DNA of 64,000 nucleotides, taken from positions 231,820,001 to 231,884,000 of the forward strand of contig NC_058368.1 in NCBI RefSeq assembly GCF_018350175.1, given 5' to 3'. The position numbers and the translations under genes were made by a program. Source of the DNA: Felis catus. Lineage: Eukaryota. Of the stretch, positions 38,452-51,026 are shown piece by piece. Each line of letters opens with the position of its first letter. The stretch's first letter is position 1. Below the pieces are notes generated by a model that saw only the letters and a list, made by a program, of their open reading frames with translations, searched no databases and had not been told where the DNA came from.

Positions 38452-38770
38452 TGAGTTTTAAAATATATTGGCAGAGTACTGTTACATTTGGAAAAAGTAA
38501 AGTCATTCCCCTCTTTGCTCTCTTTCCTCCCCCACGTGTGCTAGAATTGGTTTCCTGATGAATATTGAAAAGCACCGTATTCTGAAAGAGGATAAATTTT
38601 TCTGGGGGTGAATATCTTTTATTTCTGGAAGGCCGTGAACCCACTAATCTTTTATCTTCCCGTCTTTCATTCGTTACTAGTCACTATATCTCTAGGATTG
38701 GCCATCCTGTGCTTCTGTGGGATGATGAGACAGTATCTGTTGGAACAGTTGTATGTTATGTTGCATTTTT

Positions 38771-38988
38771 TTTTTAATTTTTTTTAACGTTTATTTATTT
38801 TTGAGACAGAGAGAGGCAGAGCATGAACGGGGGAGGGTCTGAGAGAGAGGGAGACACAGAATCGGAAACAGGCTCCAGGCGCTGAGCTGTCAGCAGAGAG
38901 CCCGACACGGGGCTCGAACTCACGGACCGTGAGATCATGCCCTGAGCTGAAGTCGGAGGCTTAACCGACTGAGCCACCCGGGTGCCCC
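38771..38988 (-). mobile_element. Can-SINE (felid type)
   Basis: Perfect TSD TGTTATGTTGCATTTTT at 38754 and 38989. Confidence 0.97.
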
Positions 38989-40736
38989 TGTTATGTTGCA
39001 TTTTTATGTACATTTGTGAGTAGATCACATTACTGCAATGGGTAATTCAATTACAGATATGTATGATAAATACCCAGGAGAATGACGCTATCAGAAGCCA
39101 GCTCTCCTGGAGCAATGATGCTGTATTTGCTGAGATGTGAAATTAAATAAGTTCTAGGCAAGTGACAATCGGGACTGAGCAAGGACAAATTGTTCACGGG
39201 AAATAGAGCCTCTTTCAATCAGTTCAAATTCACCCAACATTTGACAACGATTTGTGATGTGCCTCTGCAAAGAAAAGCAGAGTCAAAAAAAGCAGTAAGA
39301 GAAATCCTGCTACACGGTTTCTGGTGAGTTGTCTGCAGAATCATCAGATGGCTACTGCTTGGCTTAAACTTCCTGGAAGCAATGCATTCCTCCCAGACTG
39401 GCTCTAGATAAAGTTCCTCACAAAGAACTTCCCTTTCTGTAACACAACTGGAGACGGGGCACATCTGGGAGAGGGCTTCCGAAGCCACCAAGGACGCAAC
39501 TGCTGGCTGCCAGGACCGCACTAGCTTTCTGCTGAAAGAACGCATCGGATGCCAGGGACCAGGGGGGGTTGGACGTCCTGCAACCACGTGGATTTTAGAA
39601 TCGCAACTGGGTTCTGGGATTCCTTTTACGGGACCGAGATTTAGACCGGCTGTAAAACTCGACCGATTATAAAGCTGACAACAGTGTTTGTAACTGGTGG
39701 TACGAAGCAAAGATAATTGCTCTGGATATTAAACTCCCTTGGGCCCAGCAGATGTGGTAGTTAAGCCATTGTTAATGTCCGTTGACATACAGCATGAGCT
39801 AAATAACGGATTTGCTTCTGAGCTGTCTGCCGTGTAAATTCCTGTGTGTTGTAACCGTGGACCTGACTTTAAGAAAGTTCTAGGGCAGCTGGGGAGAATA
39901 ATTACTAGAAGCCCACGGTTTAATAGAGCTGCTTGCCTAATCGGGCAGGGCAGTTGGGAGAGGCGTCAGCCTTAGAGGGAGCACTCGCTGGCACTGGAGG
40001 AGTCCCAAGGGGACAGGCCCGCCTGCTGGTGCTGGAGACGTGTCTGCGGTGGTGCCCCCGGATTCCCGGCCAGAGCGGGCAGCTGGAGGGGGTGGTGTGG
40101 ACAGCAGCAGTTGACGGTGGTGAAATCGTCCCTGTCTGACTCGGATGGTGATGGAGGCTCTGTTGAGGTCCCTGTGCAGAGGTGGCCAGTGGAGTACGTG
40201 GAGGGACTTGGAGATGGCCAAGCCTCCGTGCTGGGTCTGGGTCAGAATCCCACCTCTGCGTCGTGTCCTCGGAGCCTTACAGAAACAGGTGCTCCAGAAG
40301 ATGAAGGGGAGGAGGAGACCGGAAGCGTGCTTGGGCATCTCTGCAGGCGTGGTGAGGGTGTTTGGTAACCAAGGTGGAGCCTCAGGAATGGTAACACGAA
40401 ACACACTAGAACTAAGTTGTGACTCAGAGGATAGGTCAAGGGAACAAGTCCTTGAATTTGCCTGCAGTGGTAGAACCAAGAAAGCTGGGCTCCGGCCTGC
40501 TGAGTGTGGGTCCAGGGCGTCAGACTGCGGCTGCTGAAGTGCAGGATGGGGTCCTTGGACCCGGGACCTGAGGGGGCACTGAATGGTCTCAGCTGGAGGA
40601 GAGATGGGCACCTGGGACTGAGAAGTTTGACTTGGCAATTAGCATGAAGACACTTTATGTGTTTGAAGACATCTGTATTAAAACATAAGAAATGGAAGTT
40701 CAAAGATGTTGTTTACTTATTTGAAATAGAACTCCC

Positions 40737-40948
40737 GGGGCACCTCGGTGGCTCATTCTGTGAAGCATTTTGGACTTTGGCTCAGGTCATGATTTCACGG
40801 TTCGTGAGTTCGAGTCCTGCATTGGGCTCTGTGCTGACAGCTCAGAGCCTGGAGCCTCCTTCAGATTCTGTGTTTCTGTCTGTCTCTGCCCCACCCCTGC
40901 TTGTGTTCTGTCTGTCTCTCTCAAAAATAAATAAACATTAAAAAAAAA
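40737..40948 (+). mobile_element. Can-SINE
   Basis: Head GGGGCACCTCGGTGGCTCA, CT tract, A tail; degenerate TSD AAATAG(A/C)AC(T/C)CCC. Confidence 0.93.
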
Positions 40949-41132
40949 AAATAGCACCCCCCCTCCCCCCAAAAAAATTCCAGGAAACACGGAATCCTCG
41001 TTACATATCTTCATACATTATAGAGAGTTCAGGAATTCTAGACTAAGTTTAGAAATATGGCAGGCTTTCTTATTTCTGAGAATAGGCCAATAAGCCTGGT
41101 CACTTAGTTGGATTTATAGATTTAATAAGCCA

Positions 41133-41567
41133 AAACAAATGAGTGGGTAAACGAAATGTGGTATAGCCATCCAATGGACTACTATTCAGCAATAACATGA
41201 ATGGATTCTTGATATATGCTGTACTGTGTGTGAACTTCAAAACATTATGCTTAGTGAAAGAGGCCAGTCACAGAAGACCACATATCCTATGATTCAGTTT
41301 GTATGAAATGTCTAGAAAATGCAAGCCTATAAAGACCGAATGCAGATTAGTGGTTGCCTGGGGCCTGGAATGGGGATTTGGGAGGGCCTGACCATGGACA
41401 GGCCGGTCTTTTGGGGATGATGGATATGTTCTAAAACGGGACTGTGGAGAGTCCTACAACCCTACCCTGTACATTTACTAAAACCCATTGAATTGTACAC
41501 TTACAAGGAGTAAATTTTGTAGTATGTAAGTTATATCTCAATAAAAGTTGTTTAAAAAGAAAAAAAG
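41133..41567 (+). mobile_element. Ancient L1 (L1MB/MC-type) 3' end
   Basis: AAATGTGGTATAGCCATCCAATGGACTACTATTCAGCAATAA..AAAACATTATGCTTAGTGAAAGAGGCCAGTCACAGAAGACCACAT..TATCTCAATAAAA. Confidence 0.85.
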
Positions 41568-41619
41568 GAACTGTGACATAATCTCTACTATTTGAGTGCC
41601 TTAAACTGCCATTGGCCCA

Positions 41620-41833
41620 CAGCGCCTTTGGTGGCTCAGTCGGCTGAGCATCCGACTTTGGCTCAGGTCATGATCTCGTGGTCTGTGAGTTTGAGCCCCA
41701 CGTTGGGCTCTGTGCTGACAGCTCAGAGCCTGGAGCCTGCTTGGGATTCTGTGTCTCCCTCTCTCTCTCTCTGCCCCTCCCCCGCTCATGCTCTGTCTCT
41801 GTCTCAAAAATAAAATAAACATTACAAACAAAA
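41620..41833 (+). mobile_element. Can-SINE
   Basis: TSD TTAAACTGCCAT(T/C)GGCCCA at 41601 and 41834. Confidence 0.95.
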
Positions 41834-44800
41834 TTAAACTGCCATCGGCCCAAACAAATCCTGCCGTTTAGGTGCAGTCCTATTCCGTGTTTCCCTGAGT
41901 TTCACAAAGTCTGGTGCCGATGCTGGAGGATGCTGAGGTGATGGGCATTTCTTTGACGCGGAGGCTCTTCCTGGGAAGTGTGTCCGCATCGTGACCTCTT
42001 TTATGCAAATGAGCAAACCCAGGTTGCTTTTGGATGAGACCACAGAACCGAATTAAATCACTCAATTCAACTAACCAGCCAGTCTAGCTCGTGGGTGTGT
42101 TTGGTGCCCTCTGTTCCCAGTCATGCGTTAGACTGGATTGTTCTTCTGTCCGTTTTATTATGTGGCATAGCTGGGGGTGGAGGGGAGGCAGTCTTTGGAA
42201 ACACTGCATCTCCTGGTCAGAGCTGCAGGGTCTGGAACTCTGGAGAACTGCTCTGCTCACAAACAGTGCTGCTTTCCTGTGGTGGGCAAAGCCTCAACGA
42301 TGCCTGCTTCTGGGTCCTGGTACCTGTGCTTAGCACGGCTTTTCCTGCGGCTGGTGACGCAGGCAACTTCTAACAGCCAGATCCAGTGGAAGGGTGCAGA
42401 TTTTTTAAATGCCCAGAGCCTGAGTACTTAAAGCAGAGTGTTTTGTTTTGTTTTGTTTTTCTCCTTTTAGAGGAGAAGAGTCGCCGTAGCATCGCTTCTA
42501 GCTCTCTCTATTCTGCTTTGACGAGTTTTGCGGTTAAAGCGCAAGCTGAAATTAGGTTATGGGGAGAGCTACATATGAATTGCCTGTAATTTCCTTGCTC
42601 TTGGACTGTTGTCTCTGGGTGGGGGTGTGTCTTTCGCTGTTCCCTCTTGTTTATTGCAACTTCCATCTGTTTAGGGCATTAAAATCCTCTCTGCCTCCTG
42701 CCACGGGCTTTCTCGGCTCTCTCTCGGGCACCTTACTCTCTCCACACCAGTTGGTTTCCACATGGTGACTTTCCATGGGAGTGTTTACTTTGGCACAGAC
42801 TGTCCGAGCTCCAGATACACCCAGGATGGCTTTTCGAGAGCTGGCTGCAGCTTGCAGGCCTCAGAGCTCATGCGCGTCTCTCCATTAGCAATAAAGTATT
42901 TTTATCCAGCCCTGTGATGTTTCCGACAAGCATTTTCTAACAACGCTTAACTTCTTCAGTCTTTGTAGTTGCAGGCAACAACTGAGATTGACCAAATTTC
43001 AAATCCTAGTGCGATAGCTTTATTGACTTCTTACCAATGTTATTTCTGATTGGCTTATCCCACATTTGCCCGCTCCCAAACTTGCAGCCTAGATGCAAAT
43101 TAAGAGTAATAATTATAAAATGACTATGTTTTTCTATTACCAATCCTAAATTATTACTCATCTTTGGTGAGTGGTAAGGAATTATTTTTGAGATTACATT
43201 AGTATTTCCTTTTGCTTATTAGAGGGCAAAGGGGTGGGAGACATTTTTATTTTTGATGTCACTTTTGATGGTTTAAATTGGTCAATAACACACTGGTTAC
43301 GTGGGTATTTTTTAGTGGTGGTTTTCTTTCATTTTCAATGAGCTAATATTCCCCGGATTTCAAGGATAACTAGTTAGGCATTCTGTTAAACAGATTGGTT
43401 ACATGATTAGAGAAATTTCCATGTCGCTAGGACTGATACTTAGTTTTGAAACCACAGGAGTAAGAAGCAATGTGATGTTCTCTTGCTTTAAGACCTCCTT
43501 TAGAGAACTGTTGATTTGTATCGGCTCTGATAGCTAGAATTGATCATAATGAAATAAGGGGGAGTGTTACGTCGGGAACTACGTGAAGACATTGTCCTCA
43601 GTGGAGAAAATGCATTAGACTATTGCTTTTGATGATTTTTTACTTTTTCCTAACCATTTCCTTTTCTGGAAAGCATCCAGATGTTAACATCGAATATTGA
43701 TTTTAAACACTAAGACGTATAGGATCCTAACTTTACTCGGGCAGTTTGGAACCAGGAAACAGCCTGGAATGTTCACTTCCCAGCCCTGGGCTGTGTGAGG
43801 CTAATGTGCAGATGCCTCCTTACCTTACTTCCTGTCCTTTCTCTGAAGTTTAAAATCGGAGGAAGTTTGCCAACCTGTCAGCAAAGGAAAACTCCTATAA
43901 AGTTTGAGCTAGGAGGTAAAGGTAGGCATTTTCATGATTTAAGTTTAATATTGCCAGGCTGTAAGTAGAAAAGGAAGATGATGTTTTCAGAGCAAGGGTC
44001 CAGTGCCCAGATGTTGAACTCTGTCCAGGGTAAGGGGCGCAGATGCCCAGCGTGAGAAGGAGAATGCTGGACTCTGGTTTCTTTTCTGTTCCAACAGGGC
44101 TGTTCCTCAGATATCCTTTGATGGCTTTTTCAGTTTTCTCTTACTAATCCAGCAGCCTTTTAATTATTGTGCTCCTCCTTTACCAGAAAAGCGTTGAGCC
44201 AAGCTGAGTTCGTGACGTCTTCTAATTGACCGTCTCGTTTCTAGTAAGAGCCGGCTCACTCTCTTTGCCTTCCCTTCTCTGTTGCAGTGTCCATCCCGCC
44301 ACGTGAAAGGGGTTTGCCAGGTTTTGTCCTGTCTGATACTGTTTGGCGTCTCCAGCACCTGACTCTTTGCCGAGGGGCTTCAGAGTTCCTGTTGATGCCC
44401 CATGACCGTGCGAGACATGTTCTCTCACCCAGGGTCTCGTTGGTGTGGTGCTTCGCGTTGGCTCATACAGGTCGGACCTCCTCTAGGTCGGTTAAGAGTG
44501 TGACAGGAATGTGATGGCTGTTAAGTCACACCCCGACATTTGCTGCACGTTGGATGGTGTTCCCAAGCTGGGAAAAACATGCAGCTCGAAGCATTTGCTC
44601 CAGGGCAGTAGGAACGCCTCCATTCCCGAGTCACGTCATGGTGGAAGGGACCTGAAGCCACTTTGGATCTCTCTCTGACTTCCTTGGCTCCCAGTCATAC
44701 CTTAAAGGTGGTGCTCAGCAGGTGGGGATACCTAAACCCATGTGCTCGGGTTGGAAACATTTCCCACTCTTCCTATCCATCCTGTCGCTTTCTTTTACAG

Positions 44801-45686
44801 TGCGCGTCTTAAACCAGTGTTTTCCTGCAACTTTCTATATGTAGAAATACTGCCCTTGGATGTGAACTGTGCAGTGTTCAGGGGCGTGGGGCTGGGGGAG
44901 GGTGGGGAGGGGAGCCCTTTGCAGAGCTCTGCAAGGCCAGCCAGTGCACCGTGGCTGTCTCCGCTTTCCGAGCCGACTCCAGAGTCAGGCCTGGAGCCAA
45001 ATTTACTCTCCGTCTGCCAGCAGTGATGGAAACTCCTAGGTCCTATCACCAGCTCGTGAAAAGAAATCATTCAGGAAACTGCAAGCTGGCAAGTAAGAAT
45101 TGCAAAGATTCATTCACTCGAAAGCTTACGCCTGCAAATGTTATTTAACTTTGAACAATTTCTCCAGGCCCACCTGCTGGGTTTCCATCTCGTTGAGGTT
45201 TCTCTTGGTGCAGAGGAAAGCCTGGGAAGGATTCACAGTGGGGACCTGATGGCATGTGCCCTGGGGATGACATCAGCTGAGGGGCCTCCCGGAGGTCCCA
45301 CACGTCTTGCATCCCGGACCCGGGCATCTGTGCAGTAGGTTCTCTTCTGCAGAACTTCGTGGAGTAAGTGTAAAGGTTGGGACTTTCGTTGCTAAAGTTA
45401 TAAACCGCAGAACAATAGAGGGGAACATCAGTCTTCATAGTGATCAGATACCCTGCCAATTAAAATACCTTGAAGACCGTTTTTAAAAGAGTATCTGTTG
45501 ACACATTAATTGTTTATTGAGGTAGGCTCAAGAAAGTGAATGCTTTGAACTTGGACCATGACCAGAGAGAAGATGAACTTGACAGGCATGGGGAAGGGGT
45601 TACTGAGAGTAGCATACTGTAAGTTTTTGTTTGAGTAGAAGGGCATTTTCCTAGGTCTACATAGAATTTAAAGGGACTTTTTTCTT

Positions 45687-45699
45687 TTTTAAAGTTTAT

Positions 45700-45740
<41 letters not shown>

Positions 45741-45955
45741 ACATGAGTGGGGGAGGGGCAAACAAAGAGGAAGAGACAGAGAGAGCAGGGGAGGGGAAGA
45801 GAGGGAGAGGGAGGGAGAGAGAGAAAATCCCAAACAGGCTTTGCCCCGGTCAGTGCAGAGCCCCACATGGGGCTTGAACTCAACAAACCGAGAGATCATG
45901 ACCCGAGCCGAAATCAAGAGTGGGATGCTTAACTGACTGAGCCACCCCAGCACCC
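45687..45955 (-). mobile_element. Can-SINE with expanded GA tract
   Basis: TSD G(G/A)GACTTTTTTCTT at 45673 and 45957. Confidence 0.93.
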
Positions 45956-46654
45956 TGAGACTTTTTTCTTAGTATAATGCAAGTTATAAGCAAAAATCAC
46001 ACACTGCAGATTCAGACACAATTTGAAAGTGTATTTTATTTGTTTGTTTTGGTTGCTAGAAGGGAGTAGTGTAGGCTTTGGTGTGAATTGGGGAAGAAGA
46101 CCAGATCAACATTTTTCATTTCGTATTTGTGACCCTGAGTTTCTTGATAATCTCTCAGAAAATCCTAGGTTTCTTAATTTAGTGACCGATTACTTTGATC
46201 TTCTCTCTTCAGAGGGAAAAGAATCATCATGACTTCTCAGCCAGGGATTGTAGGTTAGAACAGCACAGTAAGGGGCAGATCGGCTTCCAGAATGCTCCAA
46301 AGTGTCACCCTGCCTACTTCTCCCGTTTTGGAGTGCCTGGCTCCATTGGTGGGTCAGTTTGGGGTCAACATGAAGGAGGGGCACAGAAAGGAAAGGATCA
46401 TCCTGGGTAATGGAGCCCCCTCTGAGCTCCAGAGAATGTTGGTTCCACTTTTCTTTTCGATTTAATAAAGGCCACACTGGCTTGTTCTGTCCTCCTCCTG
46501 TGTCTGAGGCCGCAAAAGCTCTGATCCTCCCCATTGTCAGGGAGCTTGTGATTTGCAGAAGAGCCCGTTGGTGTGTGGCTCATGGGCCTGAATGCAGTTT
46601 AGGATTTGCCACCAAGTAAGTGTTTTTTGATGGGCTTTTAAGTTTTTGTGTTTA

Positions 46655-46873
46655 TTTTATTTTATTTTTTCAACGTTTATTTATTTTTGGGACAGAGAGA
46701 GACAGAGCATGAACGGGGGAGGGACAGAGAGAGAGGGAGACACAGAATCGGAAACAGGCTCCAGGCTCTGAGCCATCAGCCCAGAGCCCGACACGGGGCT
46801 CGAACTCACCGACCGCGAGATCGTGACCTGGCTGAAGTCGGACGCTTAACCGACTGCGCCACCCAGGCGCCCC
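46655..46873 (-). mobile_element. Young Felis-type Can-SINE
   Basis: Perfect TSD AAGTTTTTGTGTTTA at 46640 and 46874. Confidence 0.97.
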
Positions 46874-49038
46874 AAGTTTTTGTGTTTAAATTAAAAGTGT
46901 ACGTTCCCCCGAGAGCTGGCTTTGGGGCCCAGATTTCCTGCCTTGGGGTTGTTGGAGGAAGTGCTAAGTGGGGAGAACAGGACCGTGATTGGAGGCTTGG
47001 TAAAATCTTAGTCAAGACGCTGGACAAAGAGTACAGTCAGTGAGTGGCTCAGCTAGGGGACTGATATGGGGGGCCTGAGTGGCCTTTGGGGGTTCTTCTT
47101 TAATTGCACTTTTGACTGAACACCTGGTTTAGTTAAGCCTGCACGGGTACATTTAGGAAAACAAATGAGAAACACCTCTGGGAAGGCTGCTCCTTTCAAA
47201 GTGTGTGGGATGCTCATGTTTATCTTTGCTGCTGGTCAGGGAAGGGCTACTGTGTCTTTTTAAATCTAGCTCTTGGGGTCGACTTTGACTTCTGCCAAGT
47301 AGCCATTTTGCCCGATCATGTTACAGTTTATGAATATATGTATGTTGCGAACATGTTATAGCTTATGTCAGCTGTTGACAAAGTTCCCGAGTGGAGGTCC
47401 ATCTGCCAAGCTCCAGTGCCAACCAGGTCCGTCTCTTGTATCTTCCAATGTGTAGGAAGGGAAGGATTTTGTAGGTGTATTTCTGTAAAAGAGTTTGGCC
47501 TTAGGTTTTCAGGAATTGGTAGAAAGCTAAAGGAATTCTTATAAAGACATAATTAGAGTACATAAGGAACGGTAAAATGTACATGTTTGAAATGCTTTGC
47601 CTTTCTGAACAATTGGGAGGTTGTTAGCTGTTTCCTTTTCTCACATTGGCTTCCAGATGATTAATTGGATTTACTTAATTAAATGCTCCACATTTAAGTG
47701 GAGTGGAGGCCCAGGGAGTATTCTGAAAATAGTATCAATTGTTTTCTATTGATCTACGGCATACAACATGGCTTGCTTCTACTTAGAGCAAAGACATTCG
47801 GTTGTATATTCATCATCTTTCGCTTTAAGTTATTTAACTGTAAGTTCTAAAGTGAAAAGTCTATTTAAAATATCTTATGGATGATCTCAAAAAATCCCAT
47901 ATCATGAAATTCTGTCCCTTTACTGCACTCCAGGGGAGTAAGCCAGCTTTGAGCACGGTTCTCTTGCTGCCACAGTATTTGGAACGTTTGGAGGGGCAAT
48001 GGGGCTATTTTTAGCAAATTCAAATGTATCCTGTGGTGGCCAATTTCCAAGGATCCAAAATTAGTCACGGGATCTTGGACAGCACAGTGTCAAGGGCTCA
48101 GACAACGTGCCTGTTCCACATCTTTGCATTGCCGACCTGAATCTGACGTTAGGATTGATTGCTTTGGTCAAACAATACATCATTGTGTGGAGATAACAAA
48201 AGAATCACCTCTCACTGTGAACAAAGGGGTCAGAAGCTATGGAATTCGGGGCTGGGCGGAGTGGGCACCGATCAAATTGGCAGTGGTTCAGCCTGTTGGA
48301 AGATGACAGTGCCTTGATCATGAGGACAGTTAAAAACCCGACGGGTATGTTTATGTTATTGGCAGGGGTACAGAGGTGAACAGCCGAGATCCTCCTTCCC
48401 CCCTCCTGTTTTGTTTACATGAACAGAAGGTCAAAGGAGGACCCTTTCAGGCTGAAAGTCTTGCTTATCACACTAACCTTTCATCTGTAGTAAAGAGATA
48501 CAGTTACCCTCCTGAAAAGATCTCTTACACATGTTGCCCCCAATCATGCCAGAGTCAAATGACCAGTTTGCTTTGAAAGAATTCTATTTCCACTTCCTTA
48601 TGTCTAGAGAAACACTTCATTATTCAATATATATGTAGCCTACAGTTGTCCTCGGCAGTGATGGTTGATTACCGTTTTTCCCCAAGGGTTTTTTTTTTTT
48701 GTTTGTTTTGTTTGTTTGCTTGTTTGTTTGTTTGTTTGTAAAGCAATCCATAGTTTACAAGAGGATGGTCTACTTTTGAACAGTTTTATTCTGACAAGCC
48801 TTTCTGTCGTCTTAGTTCAAACTGACATGGCAGGCAGGAGGTTGACTTGATTCAAAGGAAGGGCAGTGCATTTGGTTGAATGCTAGCATCTTATCTGTTG
48901 AATGTGGAGGGCCTCCTAACTGATAATACCATTCCATAGACTTCCAGAATTTGGAAGATGGGGAGGCTGTCCAGTGTTTGTCTCCAGGCAGGGATTTTTC
49001 TAAACCTTCATAGAGAGACAGTGACTTATTATGTTCTT

Positions 49039-49232
49039 CTTCTTCTTTAATGTTTATGTATTTATTTTTGAGTGAGACAGAAGCAGAGAGAGAGAAGAGA
49101 GAGAGGCAGAGAGAGAGGGAGATGGAGAATCCCAAGCAGGCTCCATGCCTGGATCCCACAAACCATGAGATCATGACCTGAGTCGAAACCAAGAGTCAGA
49201 CGAGTAGCGGACTGAGCCACCCAGGCGCCCCC
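49039..49232 (-). mobile_element. Can-SINE (older, internal deletion)
   Basis: TSD TAT(T/C)ATGTTCTT at 49027 and 49234. Confidence 0.9.
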
Positions 49233-50157
49233 ATATCATGTTCTTAAGGGCTTACACAGGGGTTCCATTATAACGTGGGCCATTTCTTTTTAGTGTAGTC
49301 CAGAGGAGCTGGACAGATGAAAGGTAGCTTGTGTGGTTACCTAAAAAATGATTACCAGAAGCTTCCTTTGTGCCAGAGCCCAAGCCCTGCCCTGGGAATA
49401 CGGTGTGTACAGGACAGAGGTTTCTGCTCTGTTGGTGTGTATTTTCAAGAACTTTAACGAGGCTTTGGGTTCATTCGGACACTGAGGATTGTCCAGAACC
49501 CCGATCCGGGAGGGCTGTGGTAGCAGGTGGAGGAGTGGGGCTGGGCACAGTGGGGACAGTGCGCTTGTCTGTGCCCTGGCTGTGCTGCCTCACTTCCTGG
49601 GACTAAGGGAGCAGTGGAGGTTTGGAAGGTGCACACCCAGGCGGCCCGGACCTGCATTCGGTCCCCTCTGCCCAGGATGCACAGCCGCTCTCTCAGAGCA
49701 CCTGCAGCGAGGCGGTGGTGTCCTCAGACTCGTTCTCTAGGCTCTCTAGGTTCTCTGCGAGTAGAGAGGGCCTGAAAATCAGGAGCTTCCAGGTGAGTAA
49801 GGATCCAGGTGCTCATGGACTTCCTTTCCGGACCTTTGAGAAGTTTACGGTCACCCCCGTGGGACTGTCAGGGAACTTGGATGTCCGGACCCCTGTTGGA
49901 CAAGCTCACCGCCGTGCCTCCCAAGGCCGCCAACGTGCGGTGTGCTTCCCGGTGTTCGCGGGGACAAACACGCAGCATCCGCCCTGGCTGCCGGGCTGCC
50001 TTTTCCCGTGGTTAATGCGCTTTGCAGTCACGAAAGGGAAATAAGCCTTTCCCGAAATGGAAGAGCCCCGGGATGCGAACAGGAGAATTGGTGCTGGAGC
50101 AACAGTCCGGTCACAAGGCTGCCGGAGAGCGCCCCTGGGGAGCCTGCCCGCCTGGTG

Positions 50158-50235
50158 CCGCTTGCCTACTGTGCCATCACCTACGCCGCTCGCCTACTGT
50201 GTGCTCATCTACTCCGCTCGCCTACTGTGTGCTCA
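50158..50235. repeat. 28-bp minisatellite, about 2.8 copies
   Basis: Unit CCGCTCGCCTACTGTGTGCTCATCTACT starting at 50158, 50186 and 50214. Confidence 0.9.
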
Positions 50236-50244
50236 GACGCCCAG

Positions 50245-50268
50245 CCCCCCCCCCCCCCCCCCCCCCCC
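50245..50268. repeat. Poly-C tract (C24)
   Basis: Read directly from sequence. Confidence 0.95.
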
Positions 50269-50884
50269 TGCCCTGAGCAGCGCCTGCGATGTGCAGAAGT
50301 TTCTTGTTACAGGGGTTCCAGCGCGTCGGTCAACATTCCCAGACTCTGGGCTTCTGGAGGAGGGCCATTTCTCTTTCACAAACTGCCCTCCGTGTCCCGA
50401 ACGCTGCTTGTGTGCGGCGTGTGATGGGTCCACGGTTAACGTAACGCTGGATGCCGCACTCTGCCCACGTGTCTCAAGCGGTGTGCCAACGGGGCCCACC
50501 CGCCGTCTCTCGTTGCATGTGTGTCTGTGAACCGGAAGGACGAACGCCCTTCCATTCTGTTTCCGCCCGTTTTGTCCCTTTATGCAAACCTGAAACAGCA
50601 GCGGCTTGTCAGGACGCAAATTTTGGCAAGTGGCTTTGGAGCAAGAGATTACTACCAAGGAAGTTTCTGTTTGTTTGTTTTTGCCAGGGTGGTGTTTCAG
50701 GTGTGACGAATTGGCGAGTTATGTGTGTTGTTTCCCTTTGGGTGTTTAACTGGGACAGATGTGTTTATGTTTTAATTATATATCACCTTATGTGCAGCTG
50801 TGAAATCCTCTACCTGTAAAAAACTGTGGCTCCTGAATGTGGACTCTCCTGTCACCACCTGCAGCCCTGTGTGCACATGACTTT

Positions 50885-51026
50885 GTTTTCTTCTCTTTTC
50901 TTCTCCCTTTCCCTTTCTTTCCTTCCTTTTCCTCTCCTCTCTTCTCTCCTCCCCTCCCCTCTCCTCTCTCTCTCTCTCTCTCTCTCTCCCTCCCTCTCTC
51001 TCCCTCCCGCCCCCCTTTCTTTCTTT
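50885..51026. repeat. Polypyrimidine (CT-rich) low-complexity tract
   Basis: About 140 nt almost purely C/T. Confidence 0.9.

Noticed and set aside
38055..38558. Recurrent ORFs containing GQRETEHE..GRERGRHRIGNRLQALSHQPRA
   Set aside because: Translations of Can-SINE copies and microsatellites, not a gene family.
44070..44290. Good-looking acceptors (TTCTGTTCCAACAG ~44097; CTCTGTTGCAG ~44287) as exon starts
   Set aside because: No convincing paired donor or reading frame; such sites are common in introns.
50158..50235. 28-bp repeat as a CRISPR-like array
   Set aside because: Units are directly adjacent with no unique spacers; mammalian context; no cas genes.
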